A DNA stretch of 63,659 nucleotides, filler included, from Collodictyon triciliatum (Eukaryota), in assembly GCA_043381765.1 (NCBI GenBank). It is 7 parts of 7 records of this genome, joined end to end, with 100 filler letters (N's around TTAATTAATTAA, not from the genome) between each part and the next. Parts side by side here need not be neighbours in the genome. Positions count along the whole stretch, not along the records: positions 19,807 to 29,613 come from JBHJMP010002892.1; positions 29,714 to 39,506 come from JBHJMP010002893.1; positions 39,607 to 49,396 come from JBHJMP010002894.1; 4 more parts are not named here. One strand, 5' to 3'. Positions 22,723 to 40,024 of this stretch are shown here, one piece after another; position 1 is the first letter of the stretch, and each line of letters starts with the position of its first letter. The position numbers and the translations under genes are program-made. The notes beneath the pieces are model-generated. The model was not told the origin of the DNA. It made no database searches and saw only the letters and a program-made list of their open reading frames with translations.

Positions 22723-24010
22723 TTTTTCCCCTTTACTCGATTCAAAGTGCAGCGAGATTATGCCATACAAAGGGGCGAGATAGGTACACGTAGTAGAGAG
22801 CAAACGCGAGTAAGAGAAAGCATTGCTGTGGAGAGGCTAGCACTGGAAAGAAATCAGTGATAGCGAGTTGGTCAGGTGGGCGACCCAACTGGTTGATTGG
22901 TTGTGTGGGTAGCAGGGGTTGGATATGCTGTGGGAGATATCGCACGACGCATTCCCACATCTCTCTTCGCTTGCGGTCAGAGTAGCGGAGAATGTGGGCG
23001 TGTTTCAGCAGGCTGTTCAGGAAGCTGTATTGCACGAGGCTCTCAAGCCTGGATACATTGATTTCTCGTTCGAGTGAATCATTAGAGCGAGAGAATGCAC
23101 ACACACACACTCCATAAGGACCACAGCATGTGTCCCCTTCTGACTGTCCAGAGTATTCTAGAGTCGTGGGTCATTTGGTATTGTGTGCCAAGCAGGATGT
23201 CAGACGCGCTGAGGCGGTTGGGAGCATAATCAAGCTCAGAGAGCATCTTTTGGGTAGATACTGTCAATTTTTGAGCCAGAGAGCACTTCACAAATGTGTG
23301 TTCGATAGAGTCATATTCACTTTGGCATATTGTGCATTCTGGAGAGGTCGTTGCTGCATGGAATACACGCGCACCTATCCACAGCTCTCTGTTGGAGATA
23401 TTGAGCAGTAGGGCGCGTGTTTCGGGAGTAACTGAGGTATGCGGGCTTGCTTCCAGCTTTTATATTGTTGATTATTCGTAGTGATGAAGTTGCGGCAGAT
23501 GCCTTCCAGCTCCTTCAGCCTCTGGAGATTCAGCAAAGTGCCTTTCATGCTGTAGATAAGGGTCGACATCATCACTTGATTCCGCAACCTTACTTTCCCC
23601 ACGTCCGAGAGATGAAAGTTGCTCCACACTGATATTTTCGACTTGATGCCCTCAACCAGGCTTGTCCATTTGTTATCCGATTGTGGACCGAAGATGGTGC
23701 CAAGATACTTGAGTGGATGTGATGGTTGCTTCCGCACAATCTTTCCGTGGAAACATAAGTCCATCCTGAAGCCCAAAAAGAATTCCATCTGTCTTGTCAT
23801 AGTTGATATTCCCGCCGACAGCTCGTGTGTATTCTTGCATGCATTTGTTAGCGAGTGTGGCGCCTTCGGGAGACCGCAAGATGAATGCTGTATCGTCTGC
23901 ATATTAAAGTAGCAGTTGGTTGCTAACTTGGTTCTATCTAATTGGCCATCTCCATTCCAGCATGCACACTCAACCAGATTCTGAACCCGACGGTCATCGA
24001 CTTTGTTACA
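22723..24010 (-). mobile_element. 5'-truncated, frameshifted L1/Tx1-like non-LTR retrotransposon (RT C-terminal half and downstream region)
   Basis: YADDTAFIL at 23892-23903, then GGNINYDKT, LKYLGTIFG and IKSKISVWSNFHLSDVGKVRL..VMMSTLIY. HILR..EMWE resembles a zinc-knuckle remnant. A (TACA)n tract bounds the 5' side. Confidence 0.85.
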
Positions 24011-24021
24011 CACTTACACAC

Positions 24022-24023
<2 letters not shown>

Positions 24024-24052
<29 letters not shown>

Positions 24053-24124
24053 CATACATACATACATACATACATACATACATACATACATACATACATA
24101 CATACATACATACATACATACATA
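24024..24124. repeat. (TACA)n microsatellite
   Basis: Direct tandem repeat. Confidence 0.95.
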
Positions 24125-24406
24125 CGAAAAAAAAATAAACAAGTTAAAAAGAGTATCCATCTAGTTTTGAGGGAGACGCGTTTATTGACAAGGATGGTGA
24201 GAAGAGAAGAGAGACCGCTGCTGGGCATGTATGTTAGACGGTAGGGCTGCTAAGAAAGTGAGTCTCCACTTATTTTGGTTCTGTTTAATTAAGGAAAAAT
24301 GCAAATGATTACGTAAATATCAAGTAAAAAATCAAAAGTATGAAAGTAGCAGCATTATGTAGCGCTACAAATTACAGCAGAATAAAAAAAAAACATCACT
24401 TGTCAA

Positions 24407-29370
<4,964 letters not shown>

Positions 29371-29453
29371 CTATTTGAAGATAGAAGAATGTTATATGTA
29401 CACTATGAATTTTGTTTGATCTTACTGATCCAACAGCCAGAGAAAACAACGAG

Positions 29454-29564
<111 letters not shown>

Positions 29565-29713
29565 TGGTGTGTGTGTGTGTGTATCAAACATATTCCACAA
29601 ATAATTATAGACTNNNNNNNNNNNNNNNNNNNNNNNNNNNNNNNNNNNNNNNNNNNNTTAATTAATTAANNNNNNNNNNNNNNNNNNNNNNNNNNNNNNN
29701 NNNNNNNNNNNNN

Positions 29714-29799
<86 letters not shown>

Positions 29800-30511
29800 G
29801 CAGATACACAACTTGGTGGATGTTATAATGTAATTGCAGTTCCTCTACTGGATAAATGGTGTATCTTTCGTGGCTCTCATTAGAGCGGCCTTTTTCATTT
29901 ACACGGTCAATCTGTGTAGCTGCGAGCAACCCAGAGAATCCGGGAATGTGCAAGTATCCATCTTTTCGTGGATTGAGATGAGAAATGCAACCCTGGTCCG
30001 TCTAGTCGTTGGTCTCTTCTCTGACTCAAGCGCTTGACCTTGACACGTGTCGGCTGGCCTGTAGCTTATTACTCTGTGATGAAAACAAGACGGCTCCAGA
30101 CCCAATGACCCCGAGAACCCACCCATACATTCGCTTCTGTTCGACGAAATAGCAAGGAATCACGCCTGCGCAGAGCACCTTCTCAAACTATCCCACACCA
30201 AACAAAAACAAAAACAAAAACAAAAGATAACCATAGAAAAGACACACGGAGGAGTGATTGGGGAGAGACAGGAGAAAAGAAAAAAAAAGAAACAAACCCT
30301 AGAGTCATGACTCGTGGCGCTGATTATTATTTTATTTTATTTTATTTTATTTTTCGAGCCAGCAGACCCCTTTGGTGATCAACTCTTTTCCCTACTCGTT
30401 CGTCGAACCCTTTCGCACAAACACAAAAGAAAAGGCAAGAAAACTCCACTTTGACAAGCATACTCTTCCTTCCCGCACCACGCAGCCAAGCAAGAGCCAC
30501 CCTTGAGAATA

Positions 30512-32276
30512 ATGAGCCACGCAACTGCCGCAAGGAAGGGCCCGCCTTCAACCAACAAAGGGATATCTGTACAGATCACAACCTTCAGCTCAAGCGACAC
30601 ACCAGGCGGTAAGAGAGACGAGCAAGTGCAGAGTAGCCAAACAACTATAAAGCCACCGGCCCAGAAGTCCACACAATTCTACCCCCAGAGACCCAAACAA
30701 CAGGCTTCGTCCACAACCACGGTCACAGCCGCGTCCGTGTCAACCTCAAGTTCAAGCTCAAGCTCAGCTTCGATCTCTGTCGCGAATGCTACACTCAGAG
30801 TCTCGGGCTCTCGATCTTCTATCCCGCAATCCCATCACTCAGCGGACCCAGACCCAGACACAAACGCAAACGCAAACAGCTTTGGCGATGTTGAGGACCG
30901 AATACCTGCACGCGAGTCTGTTTCTGCCGACCTTTCAAGAAGCTCTGTTGTTCCAGCATCCAAGGCTGTGCAGGACACTTTATCAACCGAGCAGCTGTCT
31001 GATGACCATCCTCTCCATAATGAATGGTGTGCGTTTTTCGACTACCCCCACAAGAAGATGACTTCAGAGATTTGGAAGCAAAATGTGAAACACGTTGCCA
31101 CCCTAGATTCTGTATGTCATCCAGTACCAGATTCTCTTTATATTGATTCCTTAAAGATTTGTGTCTTTTTCATAGTTTCCTTTTTGTCATATCCCCATTT
31201 GTTGTATCTTTAAAAAGGTGGAAAATTTCTGGAGACTACACAACAACATGCAGGATATCACACAACTACAGAATGGTAGTAATTTTCACTTCTTCAAGAA
31301 AGGCATCTTCCCTGAATGGGAAGACCCGGTGAGTTTGGCATCATGTCTCTCTTATTTGTATTGCAGATAAAATTCGGTCAATTTTTCATTTATTTTTTAT
31401 TTTGCACTATTCCTTTTCGTTCTCATTAACAATTTCGTTTTAAGACGAATAAAGAGTAAAAATCGATTTATTTACAAACAAGGTTACATTTGTATCCTGA
31501 CATATTTTTTGTAATCCATTTTTTTTTCAGTCACTCATTGTTAAGCCATTCTAATAAATCCTTTTTTTTTCTTTTCATTTTTCGTTATTGGGTTTTCTTT
31601 TGCATAGGCGAACGCCAATGGAGGCAAGTGGGTCCACATTGTACCTCCGACAGACCGATTCCGTATGAACGATAAGTGGATGAATTTGGTAAGGCCATAA
31701 ATCAAAGCGCTCTTTTTGAATATGTATACCTAGGAACTCACCAAATACTAACAATGTTATATAAACTATCACAGCTCATGTCTTGTATCGGTGAAATGTT
31801 TGAGCACTCTGATGAGGTATGCGGCTGTGTCGTAAATGTTCGCACAAAGGACAGTCGCATCGCGCTTTGGATAAGAGAAAGTAAAAATGCTCAAGTAGTC
31901 TCGTCCATCGGGTAATTTCCTCACGAAAAAAAAAATCATATTAACCATTGCGGATACGCACATAAACCTATTAAATCTGAAGCATTTAATTGGTATTATA
32001 ACCATATATGCAACGAAATAGGCGCCAATTAAGAGAGTTTATGAAACTTGAGGAAGGGAATCTCATAAAGTTTTTCGGTAATATCGTCTTTCTCGTACAC
32101 CAACCTCTTCATATTGATAGCTATCAACTCAATTGCATAAATATCCCTTTCTTTATTTATCCTCTTATATTCATAACAAAATTGTAGAAAATATACATAT
32201 TTGATTTATAAAAACCCGCTCACCACCTGCAGCACACGACCTCAAAAGCGAAAATGCTCTCTCCTTGGAACTCTGA
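30512..32276 (+). CDS. EIF4E: Translation initiation factor eIF4E family cap-binding protein with a Ser-rich N-terminal extension
   Basis: Spliced: HPLHNEW..EIWKQN..DS | VENFW..FHFFKKGIFPEWEDP | ANANGGKW..KWMNL | LMSCIGEMF..EVCGCVVNVR..RIALW..SIG | RQLRE..; stop at 32274-32276. Confidence 0.92.
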
Positions 32277-32551
32277 TTCTACTTCGTGTGATTCGATAAA
32301 GCAAAATCAAACAAGACAATGCCCTTCTGTACCGGATATGATTCCTTTTGTGAAAAAACACGGAATGTTTCGCCCTTGCCCTCTTTTTGTCCATTGCGAG
32401 TTGTCAAAGCGAGTGTGCGGATCGTTGCTCCAGAATCAAGCAGGCCCGCAACAGGAGAGAGCGCGAGTTGCCCGTCATTCTTTCATATGGTTTGTCGGTT
32501 GGGCACAATGAGTGGGCGAATACTAACCAAAGGACTCTTGCAGGCTCAAGA

Positions 32552-34809
32552 ATGTCCCACTCAAGCGGCGTGCCAGGTGCGGTGTTTGGCCACAAACAAT
32601 ATAAATACGGGACATGTGTCTAAGCTTTTGCCTTTTATTCTTTTTTTATTCTATTTTATTTTATAATTTCTTTCATTCTATGTGTGACGAGAAGCTTGAT
32701 TGTCCGAGTTTTGTGTTTGTGTCGTCGATCCACACCTCTTTGTGAAATCGGCCAACACTGTTTAGTTTCTGAGGAACTCAAGAAAGCCTTTGGAGAGGCG
32801 CACGATGACGCATCTGTTCGCTACTTTGTTGTTGTCATCGACTCAGGTGCCCATTGACTTACGCTGGCATGATGTCTACTCTATCGAAGAAAAAAAAAGA
32901 ACCCTTGACTCTGCGACACTGTCCTTTTATTTCCCTGAATCAAACCTTAATGTTTTTGTTGAACTATATGTGTTTACATGTTCGTTTCATTGCCCTGCGT
33001 GTTTTATGCATCGTTTAACGCTTCAGAGTCACCTAGCTACTCTACACTTGACCGTGTACAAACAAGTTGTGGAAAATTCTACAAGCAATTATAAATTCCT
33101 TCCTTCTGTCCTTGTGAATTATTCATAACAGAGAAGTTTGTGGAGCAAAGCCGTACTGAGACAACAGGAAGCATTGAAACCGGTATGATTGATATTCCGG
33201 CAATAAGAGTATGAACGAACCTATTTTGTTGTTTATGTCAACAGTATTTTTATTTATTGAAATATTGTGGCCCCAAAAAAATCAACTCTTTCACATATTG
33301 CAGACTTCAACAGCATACCTACGCACATTGGAGACACATCCGCCTGCTACGTTCTGTTTCGCTTGAACTCAAAAACAGCAAAGGGCGATGCATGGGCTCT
33401 GGTTCTCTACGTTCCTGATCAATGCACGGTGGGCACTCCAAAAGAGTTATACACACAAGAACTCGCATCTGGCTTACACTTTGTTCATACACTCCTATAG
33501 GTTAGAGAGAAGATGATTTATGCATCATCTCAAGAGAATCTCCGCCGCCAGCTGGGCGCATCAAACTTTACTGAGGAATTTTACGCCACACTGAAGGTAT
33601 CTTTTATAGTTCGACATATTATCATGGTATCCAAGTCCCGTTACACAACGCTAACAAACTTGGTAAATAAAGTCAGAAATCACGTACCATGAGCTCGAGC
33701 AGCATATGAAGCGCCAACGCGAAGATCTTCGACAGTCGGTGATGACCCAAGAGGAGAGGTTGAAGCAACAAGAAGGGTTGATGGAGAAGGGCCACAGTAT
33801 TTCTCAAGAGTATGTCCATGGGGTGCAATTCCCTTTCTCTCCTGATTCCAAGACAGCTTTGGAATCATTCAAGGCCGGATCTGTTAACTGGGTTGAGCTG
33901 GTGAGAATGTTTTAGTAGAAAAATTAATATTTTACATTGCTTAGTGATGTGCATTTACATTTCTACGTAACCCTCCGACATTGTACTCATTTGGCTATGT
34001 CCAATATATTGTTCGGAATCCTATTAATGCCTTTTATGACATCTTCCAATCAAATTGTCAGTATATCAACCCAACCACCGAGACCATCGAATTTGGCTCG
34101 TCTGGCATCATTTCCCGTGACCAAATATCTGAAAAGGTGAATCCGACAGAGCCCCGATTCTATCTGTACAACTTTGATTATGTGCAAGACGAGACAGAGA
34201 AAACTGTGAACGGTACCACTTTCAACTCTTTTTCATCCTCTCCAATAGCCCAAAAAATAAAATTGCAGCTAATCTAATTGATATAAAAAGTGATTTCATA
34301 TAGGAGCATCTTTCGTTCATTACAAATCTTGTAATCCTGCGATGTGGTTCTAATGGAAATCACTTATAGTGTTTATCTTCTCATGCCCGGATGGCGCACC
34401 TATCAAACTGAAGATGCTCTTTTCCACCACAAAATCTGCTGTACTGGGCAATGCTTCCCAGGCAGGCCTCGAATTCCCCAAGAAGGTGACTAAGACTTTT
34501 ACCCTTCTCAATTTTTTATTCTTAGGTTTTTACATTTTGGTATCAGAAAAAAAGGGTTGTCACTCCGTTATTTTCAAAGCAACACCCGCTGAAACACTAG
34601 ACTTTTGGTATGCACTTCAGTATGCTGATAAATTCTCTTTTCTTCTTCTTTTTTAACATATTCTGTAGTTTGAGATTCGTGCTGCTGATGAGATTTCTGA
34701 ATCCATCCTCCTCGAAGACATCCTACCCAAGACACAGTCGTTGAAGTCATCCTTCCAGCGCCCTCAAGCTCCAGGGCGTGGTGGTGCTCGTCTGGTTCGC
34801 AAGCGCTAA
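32552..34809 (+). CDS. TWF: Twinfilin (two ADF-H domains plus C-terminal tail)
   Basis: MSHSSGV start; YVPDQCT|VREKMIYASS; GVQFP; EPRFYLY; VFIFSCPDGAPIKLKMLFST; KK|FEI; tail FQRPQAPGRGGARLVRKR. Confidence 0.92.
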
Positions 34810-35217
34810 TAAAATGACAATAGAAGGTCATAAATCGAACGCCCAAGAATCAAAACTAAGGGGAATAAAAAAAAATGAAAAGAAAGTATACATTGCTCTG
34901 ACAACCAATCGAAGCAAACAGCCAAAAATCCAACAAGTGAATGTAATCAAGGAAGTAAAGAGGATAATGCCAAATGATTGAATGATAGATGAACCACAAC
35001 GGAAAAGTCATTATATGCAAAGCGATCCATCCCAAAAAATGGCGAATGAATTAAGCATCAAAACCTTAGAAAATTCACTTGCAACACATAATAATTCAGT
35101 ATTGAAAAACTACAAGTGCCATACACAAGCGAAGAAAAAAACTAAAATCTACAGAAAAAAAAACAGTGCAGCATATATTGAGTTTATTTACATTTGTTGT
35201 TCACAACGTGATAAGAA

Positions 35218-35291
35218 GGTTCTGTGGTGTAGTTGGTTATCACGTGCGCCTCACATGCGCAAGGTCCCCGGTTCGAGCCCGGGCAGGACCA
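35218..35291 (+). tRNA. tRNA-Val (anticodon CAC)
   Basis: Acceptor stem GGTTCTG/CAGGACC; D arm GTGTAGTTGGTTATCAC; anticodon arm TGCGC-CTCACAT-GCGCA; T arm CCCGG-TTCGAGC-CCGGG; followed by a TTTT Pol III terminator. Confidence 0.95.
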
Positions 35292-35625
35292 TTTTGGTCA
35301 TACTTTTTTCCTCTTTTTTTCCCTTCTCTTTTCTCCTTAGAGTGGGCTGTGGGGCAAAGGAAACGCGGGCTTTCCACACAGAACACACTCGTTTCATGGT
35401 TCGGTCCGTGAACCCCACTTTTTTTTTTTTTTTTAATTCTTCCTTTCAATTTTGTGCAGAATATTGGGTCATGAACCTTTTGATTTCTTTCAGGAGATTA
35501 TGCAACGCCAGGACTTTATTTGGGGTGTTTTTTTTTCTCTTTGTTTTATGACTGCATGTGTGGGGATGGCCAAGTGCGCGGCGGCTGTGGTGGTGCGAAG
35601 GAATCCGGGTCATGTGGCAGTAGAC

Positions 35626-37259
35626 TTAGTTCCCAGAACGCTCCTTCATGTTGCGCTGCAGTCCTTGCTGGAGCTCCTTGCGGCGGCGTTGCTCTGCGAG
35701 TCCAGAGCTTACACGGATATCATCAACGATGTTTTTGGTTTTGCTGAAGTAAACCTGTTCCATTTTCAAACGAGTAAAGTGTAAACACTCTTGTCAGTAC
35801 AGGCTCAATATTGTATTTCCAGTACTAATCCTTCTTACTTTTTATATAAAAAAATAATAATTATGCGTGCATGAAAGGCAGGGGAATAATTAATAGCATG
35901 GCATGGAGCTGTAGGGCGAAATGAAAGGGAATCGAGCTTGCCTCTTCCAGGGTATTACGAAGGCGTCCCTCCATATCCTCGACCATGTGGCCCATGTTTA
36001 TGAGGTGGGTATCGAATCCTTCAACTGGAAGCTCTCGGGTGTCCTTTGTAAGTTATGTGCAAACTTTGAGAACTCAATGGTGCTGTATCAGTGTGTTATG
36101 GTTCGGGAGTGGTAAATTCACCTGGCGAGTTAAGCTTCCAGACATGGAGACGTGGCCAGCTGCGACAGTTGCTGTGGCCATGTTGAGCATTACAGTAGTG
36201 GTGAGCTTATAAGTGGCACGCTTTCCGGATGGGCGAACCTCGAGAACGTGGATGGAATCCCATGTCCCTTTAACAGAGGACTTCCGGGAATGGTCTCCAA
36301 CTGCGATGAGGATGAAATGAGAATGAGAATGAGAATGAGAATGAACACTGGACATTGAGCGTGTGTATCAAATGGAACGAGGTGAATAGTTCCTGACTGT
36401 CAAAAAGTGACTGAAGTGAAGTTCGATAGATAAGATAAGATAAATGAAAAGAGAAAACGGAAAAGCTGGTCGCATTGAAGACCTTGGAACGGGGTGCATG
36501 AAGCGGGGTAATTACATTATTATGGGTTAGAGATATCAAATATATGGACAAATCAAGGATTTACTCTTTTTGAAAAGAATGCAGCAAGCGAAGCCACCAT
36601 CCAAGTCCCAAAAGTAAACGGAGGAGAGGCCGTCATCGTAGTACCTGGGCATTATAACAATCGTTTTACTATAAAAACGACTAAATCTTTGGCTACACAG
36701 AACCCAACAGAAAATCTTTGCGGAGAAGGGAAAACTCCCTTAGAGAGATGATATGCGGTGCTTACTGGGACATGTAGCTGGAGAACATGTCATTTGCCAC
36801 GATCTCAAGCTTTCTCAATTTGTCTGAAGGAGCAGCACCGCCCTCGATGTGTGGGAAGTAGCGGTTGCTCCACGGGGAACTGAGGGAGAGGTTGAGGGAA
36901 TGATACAAGTGATACTAGTGACAAAAGTGATACTAATGATCCAGAACAACGAAGCAAACCGGTAGGAGTCGCCGTCACGGTTGTAGTCGCAAAGGAGAAA
37001 CTCGCGGTTGGTAGCGGTGTCCTTCTCGACAGCGAGGGGCTGATCGACAGAGGAAAGAAGGCTCTCGGTCAGGTCGGGCGAGAGATCGATCAAGCCACTG
37101 AGACTGTCCTGAATCTGCGACGGCGGCATTCTGCGCATCAGGTCCAGCGCACATTCCAGTTGCTCCTCGAGTTCTGGATGGCACTTGCTTCGTGAGGACA
37201 GAAGCGAACAAAGAAGTAAAGAGAGGGAGTAAAGGGAAGAAAGGAAGCAAACCAGCCAT
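35626..37259 (-). CDS. CAPZB: F-actin capping protein beta subunit
   Basis: [90 protein letters not shown]. Confidence 0.96.
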
Positions 37260-37678
37260 TGCAGTAGGGAATTTCCTGTGTCTGTGGCAGCATATCAGCA
37301 GAAGAGACCAAGGCAGACGCAAGGGGGTGGCGTTGGACGTTTAATTGTGGGTGGCGTTTAGAAAAGGTGTAAAAGGTTATGTTTTTCTATTTTTATTTAC
37401 TTTTTTTCTTTCCTTCCTTTCTTCAATATCTACTTTTCATTTTTTTTTCTTTTATTCCATATTTCAATTCTTTTAAGTACATTTTTCATTTTATCTTTTC
37501 TTCAGTCTTTCCTTTTATTTTTTATTGCATAGTATTTTTCCATTTTATGTTCTTTTCCTGTTCTTTCCTTTTCTTCGTAATTCTTAACTCCCTTCTCTCA
37601 AACTCTTTCACTGTTTTGCATCGAGTAAAAATGATCGGCAAGATAAAATTGTAGGATCAATGGCGAAGTGAGCAGTGA

Positions 37679-38240
37679 TAATGATCCGTGTGTTGATCAG
37701 CCGGGTGCGTGAGTGGAAGGTTGAAGTGGCACCCGAAAGGAGTCGTAACACACAAGCGGGGGGAGTGCAGTTCTTGTTTTCATAATTCACACCGAGCGTT
37801 CAAGAAGTCTCCGCAGTCTCGAATCGGGTAGTAGGGGGAGAAAAAAAAACCCTCCACAGGCAACTCAAAGATTGTCCACTCGCTTCAAATGATCCAGCCC
37901 GGAATCCTTCTAAGCGTGTCAAAGTCGGGCGAATTATACCATGGGTTTGCCCGTCAGACAGGCGCAGCCCAAAGGGAACCGACTTTTTCTTTTCGATCAC
38001 CCCAACCGGGCTGCAAACGAGATCCGAGGGATCACAAAAATTACACTACATTCCAAGCTATGTGTTTTGTCTCAGGTTGAGAAAGTTGAAACAGTTATGG
38101 GCCAGCTCCAGAGTAGAGAAGCAGACTGCATTCTGGATCGTTATGGGCCTCTGAGACTTGACGTGCCTTGTGCGGGGGTTGGGCTTGGCGGGGATTCCCG
38201 CTTGGCAGCTGATTGATGTCGGGTGAAGTGGGACAGGCAC
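37679..38240 (+). ncRNA. Candidate large structured non-coding RNA, family unidentified
   Basis: GC-richer island between AT-rich flanks with nested long-range helices that use G-U pairs on the plus strand (listed in findings). No convincing ORF. Confidence 0.45.
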
Positions 38241-39268
38241 CTCATATCTATAGTCCTCATTGTTGTTATGGGTTTGACTAATTCCATGAATTTTCACCAA
38301 ATTGGATATTGAAGTTTAATGTTTTATGTAATAATATAATAATTATACATATGATATTATTATTTATATACTTATATTAAACAAGTGTTCTTAATATATC
38401 AATATTTAATTTTTATATACTATATTCCAATATAATAATAACACTTGTGGATATTAATAAAAAATCAATTTTTATTTAGATAGATGATATAAATGCGCTA
38501 ATATAACCACACATATATAGAAAAAAAATAACCACACATATATTACATATCAACACAAGCACATTTACAACGTAATCCGCTATCACTCGGCACTTGTGTA
38601 CTATTTACCAAGATTCGTTGATGCCGAGCCATTTCTGGGGATGAACACGACTTACTTCACTGAATATTCCTCTCGGGTGATTTTTTTTGTAAGGCTTTGG
38701 GTTTGAAGGTGAATTATGCCATCGCGTTTGTTTGTGTTGTGGCCGTGATGTCTTCGAACAATCCCTTTGTGCACCACAAACCCTTTTTGGGTAAAACGTT
38801 TTTGAAACGCGTTTCGACAGGGAAATTCTAAATGACAAAATGTGCAATGACTTGGTGGTGCGTTGCGCCCTTATGAAAAAGTACTTGTTCTGCTCTTGCA
38901 AAGCTGCGGGTGTGCTAAAAAAAAAAAGGAAAAGGGAGGAAATGCGGGCTTCTCTTGTTGTTAGGGGAAATTCATGTGAACAACGCAAAGCAAATCTGTG
39001 TCTTTTTTTTGGGTTGGTTTCCGCTTGTTGGGACGGGTTTACAAAAGATATATTTCCCGAATCACTTGACATATGTTTTCGAAACAAGAGGATATAGACA
39101 CGGTGAGAGGAACAGGGAGAGGGAAAGGAACAAGCACCGCGACGTTCACCTTATCCTTTCGCATAGGTTCGATTGGCAAAGACAGGCATGTGAATACAAC
39201 ACCCTGCAATCAACCATATCAAATCCACACGCCATGCAGAGAAGCAAAGCTGCTAATGAAGGGCCACA

Positions 39269-39506
39269 GAAGAGAGAAGAGAGAAGAGAGAAGAGAGAAG
39301 AGAGAAGAGAGAAGAGAGAAGAGAAGAGAGAAGAGAGAAGAGAGAAGAGAGAAGAGAGAAGAGAAGAGAGAAGAGAAGAGAGAAGAGAAGAGAAGAGAGA
39401 AGAGAAGAGAGAAGAGAAGAGAGAAGAGAAGAGAGAAGAGAAGAGAGAAGAGAAGAGAAGAGAAGAGAAGAGAAGAGAAGAGAAGAGAAGAGAAGAGAAG
39501 AGGAGA
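39269..39506. repeat. (GAGAA/GAGAAGA)n purine microsatellite
   Basis: Direct tandem repeat running into the gap. Confidence 0.95.
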
Positions 39507-40024
39507 NNNNNNNNNNNNNNNNNNNNNNNNNNNNNNNNNNNNNNNNNNNNTTAATTAATTAANNNNNNNNNNNNNNNNNNNNNNNNNNNNNNNNNNNNNN
39601 NNNNNNAAAAAAAAAAAAAAAAAAGTGTTGAGTACACAATTCGATTAAGAGCGCATATTAAGTTGTTTTTTGTTTTTTTTTTAATAGGGTGCCACTGCAC
39701 AGTACTTGCATATTTTGAGAGCCATAAACCTGATGCTCAGGCAGTTAAAACTTCACAAAACTTCCACTCACACACACAGTAACTCCGAGCACAAATCAAC
39801 AAACCCAAAGCAGCAAAAACAATCGAAATGATCGATTCCACAAATAAAATCCGTTAATATTAATGTGGAAATTACAACACCAAATCACTCCCGTTAAATC
39901 AACATTCATCAAACAAAGAAAAAACCTGTTGCGCAGTAAAGGAATAAGATCCAATGATGCAAAGCCTTAACGTGAATCGCAAACAAGATAATAACAAGAA
40001 ACCAACTCTCAGCAGACAGCCTTA

